DNA from: Polyangiales bacterium
Lineage (GTDB): Bacteria > Myxococcota_A > Polyangia > Polyangiales > JADJQN01
Length of the DNA: 64,000 bases
Reading direction: 5' to 3'
Assembly: GCA_964202905.1 (NCBI GenBank)
Contig: CAXNJO010000001.1
Span: 416,001 to 480,000, forward strand
The notes under the pieces: model-generated
What the model saw: the letters and a program-made list of their open reading frames with translations, nothing else
Told to the model about the DNA's origin: nothing
Database searches by the model: none
Shown here: piece by piece, positions 1 through 10,051 of the stretch
Layout: each line of letters opens with the position of its first letter
Numbering within the stretch: position 1 is the stretch's first letter
Translations under genes and position numbers: made by a program

Positions 1-2130
1 TGAGCTCCGGCCCCGCGCCCTCGAAGCGCCGCACGAGGCGCGTGTCGTCGGCGACCTCGTTGGCGAGCACGTCCCAGTGGCCGGGCGGCGTCTCCGACTG
101 CGGCCCGTCGGCCCAGAACTCCGCGAGCACACGCCCGAAATCCGAGCGCTTCACCGCTTGCGGCGCATAGGGCGCACCGGTGATGGGGTTGGCCGCGAGG
201 CCCGTGCCGTCGTTCGTGCCGAGCGTGTTGTTGCCATAACCGCCCGGCGAGCTGTCCATCATCGCGTCGTCGTTCGGGTCGAGGCGGCTCGAGAGGCGGA
301 TGGCCTCGAGCACGAGCGGCTTCATCGAATCGTCGAAGCGGGGCGGCGTGCCGGGGTCGTGATGGAGCGCGTCGGGCGCGCTGCGCGACATCGCGAACGG
401 CGTGACGTCGCGCCACGCGGAGCCGATGTAGCCCTGCACGCCGCTGCCGATCGGGATGCCGTTCTGCGTGACCGACACCGCGAGGTTGAGCGGCTGGTAG
501 GCCGCCGGATCGGCCGCGAGCACGAACGGATCGTCGACGACGAGCGGCGCGTTGACGGACATGAACGGCATCGCGTCGTCGTAGTTCGTCGCCTCGCGCG
601 CGCCGTCCGCCATGCCCGCGGCGATCACGGCCGCGCCGATGCGGTTGCCGAGCGCGCGCGGCGTGTCGCCGGTCGCCGTCGTGTCGTCGGGGTCGTAGCC
701 GAGGCGACCCATCACGGCGCGGTAACAGGCGACGGAGAGCGCGCCGCCGATCGCCGGCGCGTAGCGGTGCGCGAGCACGCGGTAGGCCGCGTAGCTGATC
801 GCCTCGGTGCGCGCGGCATCCACATCCGTCGCCGTGGGCTTCTCGCGCAGGAAGTAGCCGTCGGCCGTCGCGTCGTACGCCGCCCACGCGTCGTACATCG
901 CGGCCGAGACGTGGAAGAGGTTGCGCGCGTGCACCGTCGGGCGCGGGATGTCGCGGCGGATCGACGCGAGCATCTGCTCGTTCCACTGCCGCGCGATCGA
1001 CTTGTCCGCGGCGCGCGTCACGACGTCGTCGGGACACACGGACGCGGGCGGCGGACCCGCATCGACGCCGCCATCGGCGGGCGGCATCGGCGACGCGATC
1101 GTCGCGATGGTCGGGCCGCGGTGCAGGATCGCGCCGCCGTCGAGCGCGGCGCCGAGCACGTTGCCGCCGACCGTCCACACACCGCCGCTCGGATCGACCC
1201 AGATCGCGTGGAGGGACTCGATCGTCGGCACCGCGCCGAGGTCCTCGCGCGTCCACGTCCCGCCGTCGCGGCGCGTGTAGACCTCGCCGCGCGCACCGCT
1301 CGCCCACGCCTCGGTCGGCGTCACGAAGGCGCCCTGCAGCAGCCCGACGGCGTCCGGCGTCTCGTCGCGCACCGCGTCGCCCGTCGCGGCGATCACCACG
1401 CAGTTGCTCGCGCCGCCGACGGCGACGAGCTCCGCGCCCGCGCCGTGCACGGTGAAGAGCGTGTTGTCGGTGGGCGTCGCGACGCGCGTCAGCGGCCCGC
1501 CCGCGCGCGAGACGAGCAGCGCGCCGCGGGAGCCCGCGACCCACACGGTGCCCGCGCCGTCGCCCCAGACCTTGAAGAGCCCGGCGACCTCGCCGTTGGG
1601 CAGGCGCGGCATGTCCGCGGGCAGGCGCAGGCTCGTCCACGCGGTGCCGTCGAAGCGCCAGACGAAGCCGCTTCGCCCCGCGCTGCTGCCGACGGCCCAG
1701 ACGTCGTCGTCGCCGCTCGCCCAGACGCCGAAGACGGTATCGCGACGCGACACCTGGTGTGGGAAGTCCGCGTGAAGTCCGTGCCGTCGTAGCGCAGCAC
1801 GGTCGCGTTTTCGCCACCAAAGTAGGCCGCGCCGCCCGGGAGCGCGTGCACCCACCAGAGATCGCCGCGCGTGCGCGTCAGCAGGCGCTCCCAGTTCGTG
1901 CCGTCGAAGTGCTGCACCACGGGCCCGCCCGCGCCGTCGGCACCGACGACCCAGACGTCGCGCTCGGACGTGCCGCCCACGGAGAGGAAGGCCTCGGGCT
2001 GCCGCTCGCCCACGACTTGCCAGCGCGCGGGGGCGGGCGGCTCGGGATCGTCGGGGCAGCCGGAGAGCGCGAGGAGCAACGCGGGGGCGAGCGCGAGGAG
2101 CGAGAACCGCGGGATGACCAAGAGGCGCAT
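1..2130 (-). CDS. Lipoprotein: N-terminal beta-propeller-like repeats fused to a vanadium-dependent haloperoxidase-like (PAP2 superfamily) domain; frameshifted at ~1745-1770; runs off the left edge
   Basis: ORF 1489..2130 gives a signal peptide with lipobox LSGC and (D)VWxVG..xxFDG repeats. After ~1745 another minus frame continues with the same repeats (VFGVWASGDDDVWAVG, LHAIWVDPSGGVWTVGG), then SIARQWNEQMLASIRRDIPRPTVHARNLFHVSAAMYDAWAAY and EFWADGPQSETPPGHW, typical of bacterial VHPO-like proteins. Confidence 0.7.
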
Positions 2131-2176
2131 GCGCCTGATTGTGCAAGCACCGGACCGACCCGCGCAAGGTACGGGG

Positions 2177-2689
2177 CTAGAGGCCCTTCTCGCGGATGAA
2201 GGCGTTCGTGAAGCGCATCGTCGCGTCGTAGGCGTCGCGCGTCTGCTTCTCGATGAAGGACTCGAGCGCGCCGCCGATGCCGAAGATCTTCGCCTCGAGG
2301 TCGACCGTGCAGATGCGCTCGATCGTCTTCTCGCCGCGCGCCTCGACCCAATATTCGCCGCGCGTCGTGAGCTTGTCGGCCATGCGGTTCGGCGTGATCG
2401 TGTAGCGCCAGCGCCGGCCGACGGGGTCGAAGCGGCCCTCCTCGGTGTAGGAGATCCCGTCGCCGATCGCCTTCTTCAGCAAGGCCGGCACCTCGAACGC
2501 GGGCTCCATCACGGCGCGCCGCACGATCGCGCCGTTGGGCTCCTCGCGCTGCTCCAGGAGCTCCCAGCGCTTGTAGCGGAGAGCCTCCGAATAGAGGCGG
2601 CGGTTGTACTCGGGGTCGAAGAACACCTTCGGCCAGAAGGTGGCCTCGTCGGTGTCGAAGAGATGCTTGAGGATGAGTTGGGTCGCCAT
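2177..2689 (-). CDS. DUF2505-family protein (SRPBCC/START-like fold)
   Basis: 170 aa, coding-like composition, family-like C-terminus VDLEAKIFGIGGALESFIEKQ. Confidence 0.65.
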   Translation of the reverse strand: MATQLILKHLFDTDEATFWPKVFFDPEYNRRLYSEALRYKRWELLEQREEPNGAIVRRAVMEPAFEVPALLKKAIGDGISYTEEGRFDPVGRRWRYTITPNRMADKLTTRGEYWVEARGEKTIERICTVDLEAKIFGIGGALESFIEKQTRDAYDATMRFTNAFIREKGL

Positions 2690-2705
2690 CGGGGGGGCGA
2701 TCCTA

Positions 2706-3467
2706 TCAGGCCTCGACGGCGATCACGACGACGGTGACGTTGTCCTCGCCGCCGTGCTCGTTGGCGAGGCGCACCATCTCGCGCACGGCGTCCTCGATGC
2801 TGCCGTGGCCCAAGATGGCACGGATCTCGTCGTCGGTGATCATGCCGGAGAGGCCGTCGGAGCAGAGCACGTAGCGGTCGCCGGGCTGCGTCTGCTCGGG
2901 GACGAGGTCGACGACGACCGAGTCCTGCATGCCGAGCGCGCGGGTGATGACGTTCTTCGGCAGCTCGTCGCGCTGCTCCTGCGTCATCTCGGGCATGACG
3001 AGGAGGTAGTCGTTGAGCAGCGAGTGGTCGCGCGTGAGCTGCGTGATGTGACCGCCGCGGATGCGGTAGCAGCGGCTGTCGCCGACGTGCGCGACGTAGA
3101 CCTTCGAGCCGTCCTTCGAGAACAGCGCGCTGACGACGGTCGTCCCCATCCCGGAGACGGAGCGGTCGCGCGCGGAGGCCTCGTAGATCTGCTTGTTCGC
3201 GACCTTGATGCCGGTGACGAGTCGGTTCTCGTCGACGGTCAGGTGCGGGTCGAAGTGGAAGGGCCAGGTGGCGTCCTCCCCGGCCGTGGCCTGGAAGAAC
3301 GCCGCGATGGCATGCGTGGCCATCTTGCTGGCGACGTCGCCAGCCTTGTGGCCCCCCATGCCGTCGGCGACGACGAAGAGGTCGAACTCGGGGAGGATGC
3401 AGTAGCTATCCTCGTTGTGCTCTCGTTGCAGACCGACGTCCGAGAGCCCTGCGGCGGTGACGTTCAT
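2706..3467 (-). CDS. PP2C-type Ser/Thr protein phosphatase (Stp1/PrpC family)
   Basis: Motifs SDVGLQREHNED, VADGMGG, AHVGDSR, LTRDHS, LCSDGL, GGEDNVT. Start taken at ATG 3467. Confidence 0.92.
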   Translation of the reverse strand: MNVTAAGLSDVGLQREHNEDSYCILPEFDLFVVADGMGGHKAGDVASKMATHAIAAFFQATAGEDATWPFHFDPHLTVDENRLVTGIKVANKQIYEASARDRSVSGMGTTVVSALFSKDGSKVYVAHVGDSRCYRIRGGHITQLTRDHSLLNDYLLVMPEMTQEQRDELPKNVITRALGMQDSVVVDLVPEQTQPGDRYVLCSDGLSGMITDDEIRAILGHGSIEDAVREMVRLANEHGGEDNVTVVVIAVEA

Positions 3468-3610
3468 GGCGTCGAGCGCCCGACCTTTCAAGGAGAATGG
3501 GGAGGGCGAACGGTCATACGCGCGCGACCGCGTGTCAAGGACGTTCGCGGGCGCGCACCCGCGGACGCGCGTTGCCGCCCGTCGCGGGGCTTCTGATATG
3601 TTGCGCGCCG

Positions 3611-4675
3611 ATGAACAGCGGCACGAAGAAGATCGCGGTGATCCCGGGCGACGGCATCGGCACCGAGGTGGTGCGCGAAGGGGTGCGGGTGCTCGAGGCG
3701 CTGCGGGCGCTGCGCGGCTACCCGCTCGAGCTGTGGCACCTCGACCTCGGCGCGGACCGCTACCTCCGCGACGGCACGACCTTCCCGAAGGAGGTCGCCG
3801 AGACGATCCGCACCGAGTGCAGCGCCGTGCTGCTCGGCGCGCTCGGCGACCCGCGCGTGCCGAACCTCGAGCACGCCCGCGACATCCTCTTCGGCCTGCG
3901 CTTCGGGCTCGATCTCTACTGCAACGTGCGGCCCGTGGTCTGCCTCTCGGACCGCCTCATGCCGCTCCGCGGGAAGACCGCGAAAGACTGCAATTTCGTG
4001 GTGTTCCGCGAGAACACCGAGGGCATCTACGTCGGCATGGGCGGGCAGTTCAAGCGCGGCACGCCCGACGAGATCGCCATCAACGAAGATGTCAACACGC
4101 GCAAGGGCGTCGAGCGGATCATCCGCGCCGCCTTCGACTACGCCGTGGCGAACGGTCGCAAGCGCGTGCACATGGCCGACAAGTCGAACGCGATGAAGCA
4201 CGCGCACGAGCTCTGGTACCGCGTGTTCTTCGAGGTCGCGCGCGAGTACCCGCAGCTCGAGGCGAAGCACGTCTACGTCGACGCGATGTGCCTCTACCTC
4301 GTGCAGGACCCGGCGATGTTCGAGGTGGTCGTCACCTGCAATCTCTTCGGCGACATCGTCACGGACCTCGGCGCGGGCCTGCAGGGCGGCCTCGGGATGG
4401 CGGGCAGCGGCAACATCCACCCGGGGCGCGTGAGCATGTTCGAGCCCGTGCACGGCAGCGCGCCGCCGCTCGCGGGCAAGGACGTCGCGAACCCGCTCGC
4501 GACGGTGCTGACCATCGGCATGATGCTCGCGCACCTCGGCTGGCCCGAGGAAGAGGCGCGCCTCACCGAGCTGGTGCGCGAGGCCGTCGAGTCGGGGAAC
4601 TGCACGCGCGACGTCGGGGGCACGCTCGGCACGCGCGCGACGGGCGACTACCTCGTCGGGCGCCTGCGCGGCTGA
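3611..4675 (+). CDS. leuB: 3-isopropylmalate dehydrogenase (isocitrate/isopropylmalate dehydrogenase family)
   Basis: IAVIPGDGIGTEV, DLYCNVRP, FRENTEGIY, NLFGDIVTDL, MFEPVHGSAP. Substrate within the family is not certain. Confidence 0.75.
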   Translation: MNSGTKKIAVIPGDGIGTEVVREGVRVLEALRALRGYPLELWHLDLGADRYLRDGTTFPKEVAETIRTECSAVLLGALGDPRVPNLEHARDILFGLRFGLDLYCNVRPVVCLSDRLMPLRGKTAKDCNFVVFRENTEGIYVGMGGQFKRGTPDEIAINEDVNTRKGVERIIRAAFDYAVANGRKRVHMADKSNAMKHAHELWYRVFFEVAREYPQLEAKHVYVDAMCLYLVQDPAMFEVVVTCNLFGDIVTDLGAGLQGGLGMAGSGNIHPGRVSMFEPVHGSAPPLAGKDVANPLATVLTIGMMLAHLGWPEEEARLTELVREAVESGNCTRDVGGTLGTRATGDYLVGRLRG

Positions 4676-4709
4676 CGACGCAACGGCCCAGCGCGCGGGC
4701 GCGCGGGGC

Positions 4710-7087
4710 TCAGCGCTCTTCGCCGACGCGGGTGCGATCGAGGGTGTCGGGCAGCGCGAAGGGCCAGCCGCGCGCGGGGTCGCGCAGGTAGCGATAGCGC
4801 GCGAGGTGCGTCGTCACGCGGCGCACGTAGTTGCGCGTCTGGTCGACGGGGATGCGCTCGACGAAGCGGGCGAGGTCGTCGTCGGGGATCGCGCGCAGCC
4901 AGCGGCGCACGCGCGGCCCGCCCGCGTTGTAGGCGGCGATCGCGAGCGGCCACTGCTCGCCGAACGCGCGCAGCAGCGACGCGTGGTACGCGGCCGAGAG
5001 GCGGATGTTCGTCTCGGGCTCGAAGAGGCGCGCGCGGTCGAAGGGCGCGAGGCCGATGCGCTCGGCCACGCGGCGCCCGGTCGAGGGCAGCATCTGGAGC
5101 AGGCCGATCGCGTCCGCGTAGGAGACGGCGTCGGGGTCGTAGCCGCTCTCCTGGCGCATGATCGCGTAGAGGTAGTCGTCGGGGAGCGTGTGCGCGCGCG
5201 ACGCTGCCTCGACGGCCTCGGCCCACGGACGCGGATAGGCCGCCTCCCAGAGCCATGCGTCCCCCGCATCGGGTGCACGGGCGAGGACAGCGCGCTGCGC
5301 GACGAGCCGATGGGCACGCGCGGCGTCGCCGAGACGCAGATACAAGGCCGAGAGCGCCTCGAGCTCACGGCCTGCGGGCGCGGCGCGGCGGAGCGCGTCC
5401 TCGTCGCGGCGCACGAGCGCGAGCGCGTCGGCGTCGAGACCGAGCGCGGCGTAGAGCGCGGCGGCCGCGGGCAGCGCGAGCGGCGGAATAGCCGATGGGA
5501 TGTCAAAAGATGGTGATTCCTCGGAACGGGCGGCCCGGCATGTTCGCCGAGCGACTCGAGCCGCGCGCGCGCGAGCAGCGCATACCAGTGCAGCGCCTCG
5601 GCCGCGATCGCGTCGCGGTAGTGACCGATGGCCGCGGCGCGATCGTCGGCGCGCTCGGCGGCGCGGCCCGCCCAGTAGTGCCCGCGCCCGCGGACGAGGC
5701 CGCCCGTGCCACTCGCGGCATAGGCCGTGAACGCCGCGCGCGCCTCGGCGAAGCGACCCGCATCCAGCCGCGCGAAGGCCAGCTCCGCGCGGGCCGCGCG
5801 CGCATCGTCGGGCGCACGCGCGGCGCGCGGACCGCGCACGAAGCGCTCGAGACGCGCGACGCCATCGGACGCACCGGAGCGCAGCGCGAGGAGCCCCGCG
5901 AGGTACTCCGCCTCGGCGGACTCGGGCGCGTCGGGGTGCGCGCGCACGAGCCGCGAATACGCGCGGATCGCGCCTGCGTCGTCGTCCGAGCGCGCGAGGG
6001 CGCGCGCCGCGTGGAAGGCGTCGGCCACGGCCGTCGGGCCACCGAGCGCGGCGGCTTGCGCGAGCACGCGCGCCGCCTCGGGATAACGCTCTCGCGTGCC
6101 GTAGAGCGCCATGCCCCGCACATGCAGCAGCCGGGCACGCAGCGCGCGCACCGCCGCGCCCCTCCCCGCCGGCGCGCGGACGCCCTCGAGCTCCGCGAGC
6201 GCGCGCTCGTGCTGGTGCGCGCGGGAGAGCTGCTCGGCCCGGGCGATGCGCTCCGAGACGCCGAGCCGGGCCGATGCCCCGGTGCCCTCGAGCTCGGCGA
6301 GGCGCGCGCGCGCGACGGCGTCCTTCGGGTGGTCGGGCCGCACGAGCACGAGCGCCCGCAGCACCCGCGCCGCCTCCCGACGCTCCCCCGCCTCGGTGAG
6401 CAGCGCGGCGAGCTGCAGACGCTCGGGAAACGCGTAATCTCCCGCTGCCTGCGCGGCCTGCCGCTGCGCCGCGAGCGCCGCCGCGAGGCGCCCCCCGAGC
6501 CGCGCACACACCGCCCGCTGCGCGTGCACCACGGCGCTCGGCATCGGCAACGCCTCGAGCAGCGGCGCGGCCTCGGCGCAGCGCCCCGCGCGCGCGAGCA
6601 GCAGCGCGTGGCGACGCGCGGCGTCCCGCGCGACCGGATCCGGCAGCCCACGCACGGCGGCGAACGCGTCGGCCGCCTCCCCCGCGCGACCGCGCCGCTC
6701 GAGCAGACGACCGCGCAGATAGCGCGCCGCGGGCGCGTCACGCTGCGCCTCGGGCAGCGCGACAAGCGCGGTGAGCGCGTCCTCGTCCCTCCCCGCGCGG
6801 ACGAGCGCCGCGATCGACGCGGGCACCGGCGCACCGTCCGTCGAGGCGCCCGCCTCCCCGGCCGGCGACCCACCCTCGTCATGCCCGCTGCCGGACTCCT
6901 GGGCGCACGCGCGCCCCACCCCGCCGAGACCCGCACCGCCGAGACCCGCACCGCCGAGACCCGCACCGCCGAGACCCGCACCGCCGAGTGACGTGCCCCA
7001 GATCCCCGCGCCGCAGAGCGCGAGCCGGCACGAGAGCACGAGCGCACGCGAGCGCGAACGAAGCACGCGCGCAGCCTGCGGGCGCAC
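4710..7087 (-). CDS. Soluble lytic transglycosylase (Slt70-like) with N-terminal TPR/alpha-solenoid; frameshifted at ~5490-5530
   Basis: The N-terminal helical repeats read in frame 4814..7087 down to ...HWYALLARARL. The catalytic SLT domain (YAIMRQESGY, AIGLLQMLPSTG, AIAAYNAGGP, FVERIP..QTRNYVRRV) reads in frame 4710..6509. Confidence 0.85.
6921..6988. repeat. 15-bp tandem repeat (CCGCCGAGACCCGCA) x ~4.5, encoding GGAGL repeats in the Slt N-terminus
   Basis: Directly visible in the sequence. Confidence 0.95.
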
Positions 7088-7155
7088 GTCGGGCCGCGCA
7101 ACGGCGCCCGCGCTGCGTGGCGCGGCCGAGGCGCGTCGCGTACCCTGCGCGCCGC

Positions 7156-7548
7156 ATGCCGGGTCGCCGCCTCGCCCTCTCCGTCGCGCTGCTCGCGGCC
7201 GTCGCCCTGCCCTTCGCGGCGGGCTGCTCGCCGAGCATCGGCGATTCGTGCGGCGTCTCGACCGACTGCGACATCAACGGCACGCGCATCTGCGACCTCG
7301 CGCAGCCGGGCGGCTACTGCACGATCCAGGGCTGCGACGTCGGGACCTGCCCGGACGGCGAGGCCTCCTGCATCCAATTCCGCGCCGACGAGCCGCGCCT
7401 CGCGGAGTCCTTCTGCATGGCGTCCTGCGAGTCGGACTCCGGCTGCCGCACGGACGAGGGCTACCGCTGCGTGCAGGCCGCGCAGGTCGCCGGCGTCGTG
7501 CTCGACGGGCCCACGCGCTTCTGCGCGATCCCGCCCGCCGCGCCCTGA
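7156..7548 (+). CDS. Small Cys-rich lipoprotein
   Basis: Signal peptide with lipobox AAGC followed by 12 further Cys (e.g. GGYCTIQGC, CMASCESDSGCR). Confidence 0.8.
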   Translation: MPGRRLALSVALLAAVALPFAAGCSPSIGDSCGVSTDCDINGTRICDLAQPGGYCTIQGCDVGTCPDGEASCIQFRADEPRLAESFCMASCESDSGCRTDEGYRCVQAAQVAGVVLDGPTRFCAIPPAAP

Positions 7549-7561
7549 CGGGGCGCACGCC

Positions 7562-7598
7562 CGCGGCCACGGAGCAGCGCGCGGCCACGGAGCAGCGC
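7562..7598. repeat. 18-bp direct repeat CGCGGCCACGGAGCAGCG x2, intergenic
   Basis: Directly visible. Confidence 0.85.
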
Positions 7599-7697
7599 CG
7601 GCCCGCGCGCGGCTGCGGGCGTGCGCACCCGCGCATCTGCGCCAACCATCCGAAAACTGGCGCATTTCCGCCCCTCGGCGTACTCCGCGAAGACACC

Positions 7698-8639
7698 ATG
7701 TCCGCGGGATTGCTCCGCTACCTCGGCGCCCGCTCCCTCCGCGCCCTGCTCACCGTGCTCGGCGTGGTGACGCTGGTCTTCCTGATCGTGCGCGCGGTGC
7801 CGGGCGATCCGGTCGACGCGATCCTCGGCGATCAAGCCTCCCCGGGCGATCGCGCCTCGCTGCGGGCCGCGCTGCACCTCGACGCGCCGCTGCTCACGCA
7901 ATACGCGATCTTCCTCGGCGAGGTGGGGGACGGCACGCTCGGGCACTCGTTCCGCCGCCGCGACGAGACGGTCGCCTCGCTCATCGCGCAGGTGTTCCCG
8001 GCGACGCTCGCGCTCGCGCTCGCCGCGTTCGCCGTCGCGTGGCTGCTCGCGCTGCCGCTCGGCTCGCTCGCCGCGGCGCGGCGCGGTTCCCGCTGGGATC
8101 TCGGCGCGCGCGCCATCGCGCTCTTCGGCCTCGCCGTACCCGGCATCTGGCTCGGGCCGCTGCTGATCCTGCTCTTCGGGGTGGTGCTGCGCGCGCTGCC
8201 TTTGCCGGGCGACGAGGGCGCGGGCGCGCTCGGGCTGGTGCTGCCCGCGCTCACCGTCGGCGCAGCGTTGTCGGCCGTGCTCACGCGGCAGACGCGCGGC
8301 GCGATGATCGAGGTCCTCTCCGAGCAATACGTGCTCGCGGCACGCGCGCGCGGTGTCTCCCCGCTGCGCGTCGTCGTCGTGCACGCGCTCCGCAACGCGC
8401 TGCTGCCGGTGCTCACGGTGGGCGCGGCGCAGCTCGGCGCGGTGCTCTCGGGCACGGTGATCACCGAGAAGATCTTCGAACGCGAGGGCCTCGGCTCGCT
8501 CTTCCTCGACGCGTTCTTCGCGCGCGACATCCCGGTCGTGCAGGGCTGCGTGCTCGTGGTCGCGCTGCTCTACGTCGCGGTGAACCTCGCCGTCGACCTC
8601 ACCTACGGGCTCGTCGATCCACGCGTGAGGCTGTCGTGA
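7698..8639 (+). CDS. Peptide/nickel ABC transporter permease (DppB/OppB-like)
   Basis: PGDPVDAILG, EAA loop YVLAARARG, ITEKIF..GLG, C-terminal DLTYGLVDPRVR. Confidence 0.92.
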   Translation: MSAGLLRYLGARSLRALLTVLGVVTLVFLIVRAVPGDPVDAILGDQASPGDRASLRAALHLDAPLLTQYAIFLGEVGDGTLGHSFRRRDETVASLIAQVFPATLALALAAFAVAWLLALPLGSLAAARRGSRWDLGARAIALFGLAVPGIWLGPLLILLFGVVLRALPLPGDEGAGALGLVLPALTVGAALSAVLTRQTRGAMIEVLSEQYVLAARARGVSPLRVVVVHALRNALLPVLTVGAAQLGAVLSGTVITEKIFEREGLGSLFLDAFFARDIPVVQGCVLVVALLYVAVNLAVDLTYGLVDPRVRLS

Positions 8640-9451
8640 GCGGCGCGCGCGCACGGCTCGCGAAGCTGCCGCTCGGCGTCGTGCTCGTCGGCGCGTTCGC
8701 GCTCGCGGCCGCGCTCGGACCGCTCGTCGCGCCGCACGATCCCGCGCAGATCGATCTCGACCACGAGTACGCCGCGCCCTCGCTCGCGCACCCGCTCGGC
8801 ACCGGCGACAACGGCACCGACGTGCTCAGCGTGCTGCTCCACGGCGCGCGCCTCGCGGGCACGATCGGGCTGCTCGTCGTCTCGCTCTCGGTCGTCGTCG
8901 GGACGCTCGCAGGTGCCTTCGCGGGCTACCGCGGCGGGCTCGTCGATCACGCCGTGACGGGCGTCGCGGACCTCGTGCAGTCGTTCCCGGCCGTCGTGCT
9001 GAACGTCGCGCTGCTCGCCGTCGTCGCGCGGCCCGGCGTGCCGCACCTCGTGCTCGCGCTCGTCTCGAACGGCTGGGTCCTCTACGCGCGCGTCGCCCGC
9101 GGCCAGACCCTCGCGATCCGCGAGCGCGAATACATCCAGGCCGCGCGCGCGCTCGGGATGGGTGACGCGCGCATCCTCTTCCGCCACGTGCTGCCGAACC
9201 TCGGCGGCCCGCTCGTGATCCAGGCGACGAGCGGCCTCGGCGCGGCGATCCTCGCGGAGTCGACGCTGTCGTTCCTCGGGCTCGGGCCGGGCAAGGCCGC
9301 GAGCTGGGGCGCGCTGCTCGATCAGGGCAGCGCGGTCCTGCTGCGCTTCCCGCACGTCGCGCTCTTCGCAGGGGGCACGATCGCGGCGACGGTGCTCGGC
9401 TTCAACCTCGCGGGCGACTGGCTCCGGGATCGCCTCGACCCGCGCCGCTGA
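8636..9451 (+). CDS. Peptide/nickel ABC transporter permease (DppC/OppC-like)
   Basis: HPLGTGDNG.DV, EYIQAARALG, HVLPN, ESTLSFLGLG, NLAGDWLRDRLDPR. GTG start overlaps the dppB stop. Confidence 0.92.
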   Translation: MSGARARLAKLPLGVVLVGAFALAAALGPLVAPHDPAQIDLDHEYAAPSLAHPLGTGDNGTDVLSVLLHGARLAGTIGLLVVSLSVVVGTLAGAFAGYRGGLVDHAVTGVADLVQSFPAVVLNVALLAVVARPGVPHLVLALVSNGWVLYARVARGQTLAIREREYIQAARALGMGDARILFRHVLPNLGGPLVIQATSGLGAAILAESTLSFLGLGPGKAASWGALLDQGSAVLLRFPHVALFAGGTIAATVLGFNLAGDWLRDRLDPRR

Positions 9452-9475
9452 TCGCCCGATGCGCGGACGACGCGC

Positions 9476-10009
9476 CTACTCGCGGAGCAGCCCGAACTGG
9501 CTCTGGAGGAGGTGAGACGTGACGTCGTCCCAGGCCTCGTCGCCCTCGTTCATCGCGACCGACGCGATGTGCACGTTGAGCACGACGCGCTCGACCTTCG
9601 AGGTGAGGCCCGCGGGCTGCGCCTTCTTACCGGGCCGCACGAAGATCGCCTCGGTGCCGGGCACCGGAAACGGCCGCGAGATGTGCATCGTCTGCGTGTA
9701 CTTGCGCTGCCCGCCGGCGAGGCTCGCGCCAAGCAGCGAGTGCGCCGCCTCCGGCCGGCCCGTGCGCCGGTCGATGACCTCGATGCACTCGAGCGCCGAG
9801 TCGACGACGTACACGCGGTTGCGCGTCCACACCTCGAGCATCCGATAGCGCTGCCCCGTGGCGCGGGCCTCGCTCGCGGCGAGCACCTGCGCCTGCCGCG
9901 ACAGCACCACCTCGATGGGTGGCGGCTCCCTCGGCGGCGACGCGGCGTCGGCGGAGATCATCGTCGGCTCGTCGTCGTCGTCGTGGAAAGAATCGCCCCG
10001 GCGCGCCAT
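9476..10009 (-). CDS. Hypothetical protein with acidic N-terminus
   Basis: Coding-like ORF (LEVWTRNRVYVVDSALECIEVIDRRTG); no family recognised. Confidence 0.65.
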   Translation of the reverse strand: MARRGDSFHDDDDEPTMISADAASPPREPPPIEVVLSRQAQVLAASEARATGQRYRMLEVWTRNRVYVVDSALECIEVIDRRTGRPEAAHSLLGASLAGGQRKYTQTMHISRPFPVPGTEAIFVRPGKKAQPAGLTSKVERVVLNVHIASVAMNEGDEAWDDVTSHLLQSQFGLLRE

Positions 10010-10051
10010 GGGCGCAGACGTTACCACGCCTTCCAACGAGCCAAGGCGCCC

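Noticed and set aside
77..1792. Long plus-strand ORF (571 aa), and many similar Arg/Ala/Pro-rich ORFs across the window such as 20384..22495, 22240..24861 and 60472..63495
   Set aside because: Antisense or off-frame shadows of real genes, expected at this GC content; no recognisable motifs.
5490..5535. Programmed ribosomal frameshift in slt
   Set aside because: No slippery heptamer or stimulatory structure recognised, and other genes in the window show error-like indels.
6921..6988. Short repeats (also 7562-7598 and 34768-34817) as possible CRISPR arrays
   Set aside because: Tandem units with no unique spacers, too short, and no cas genes.
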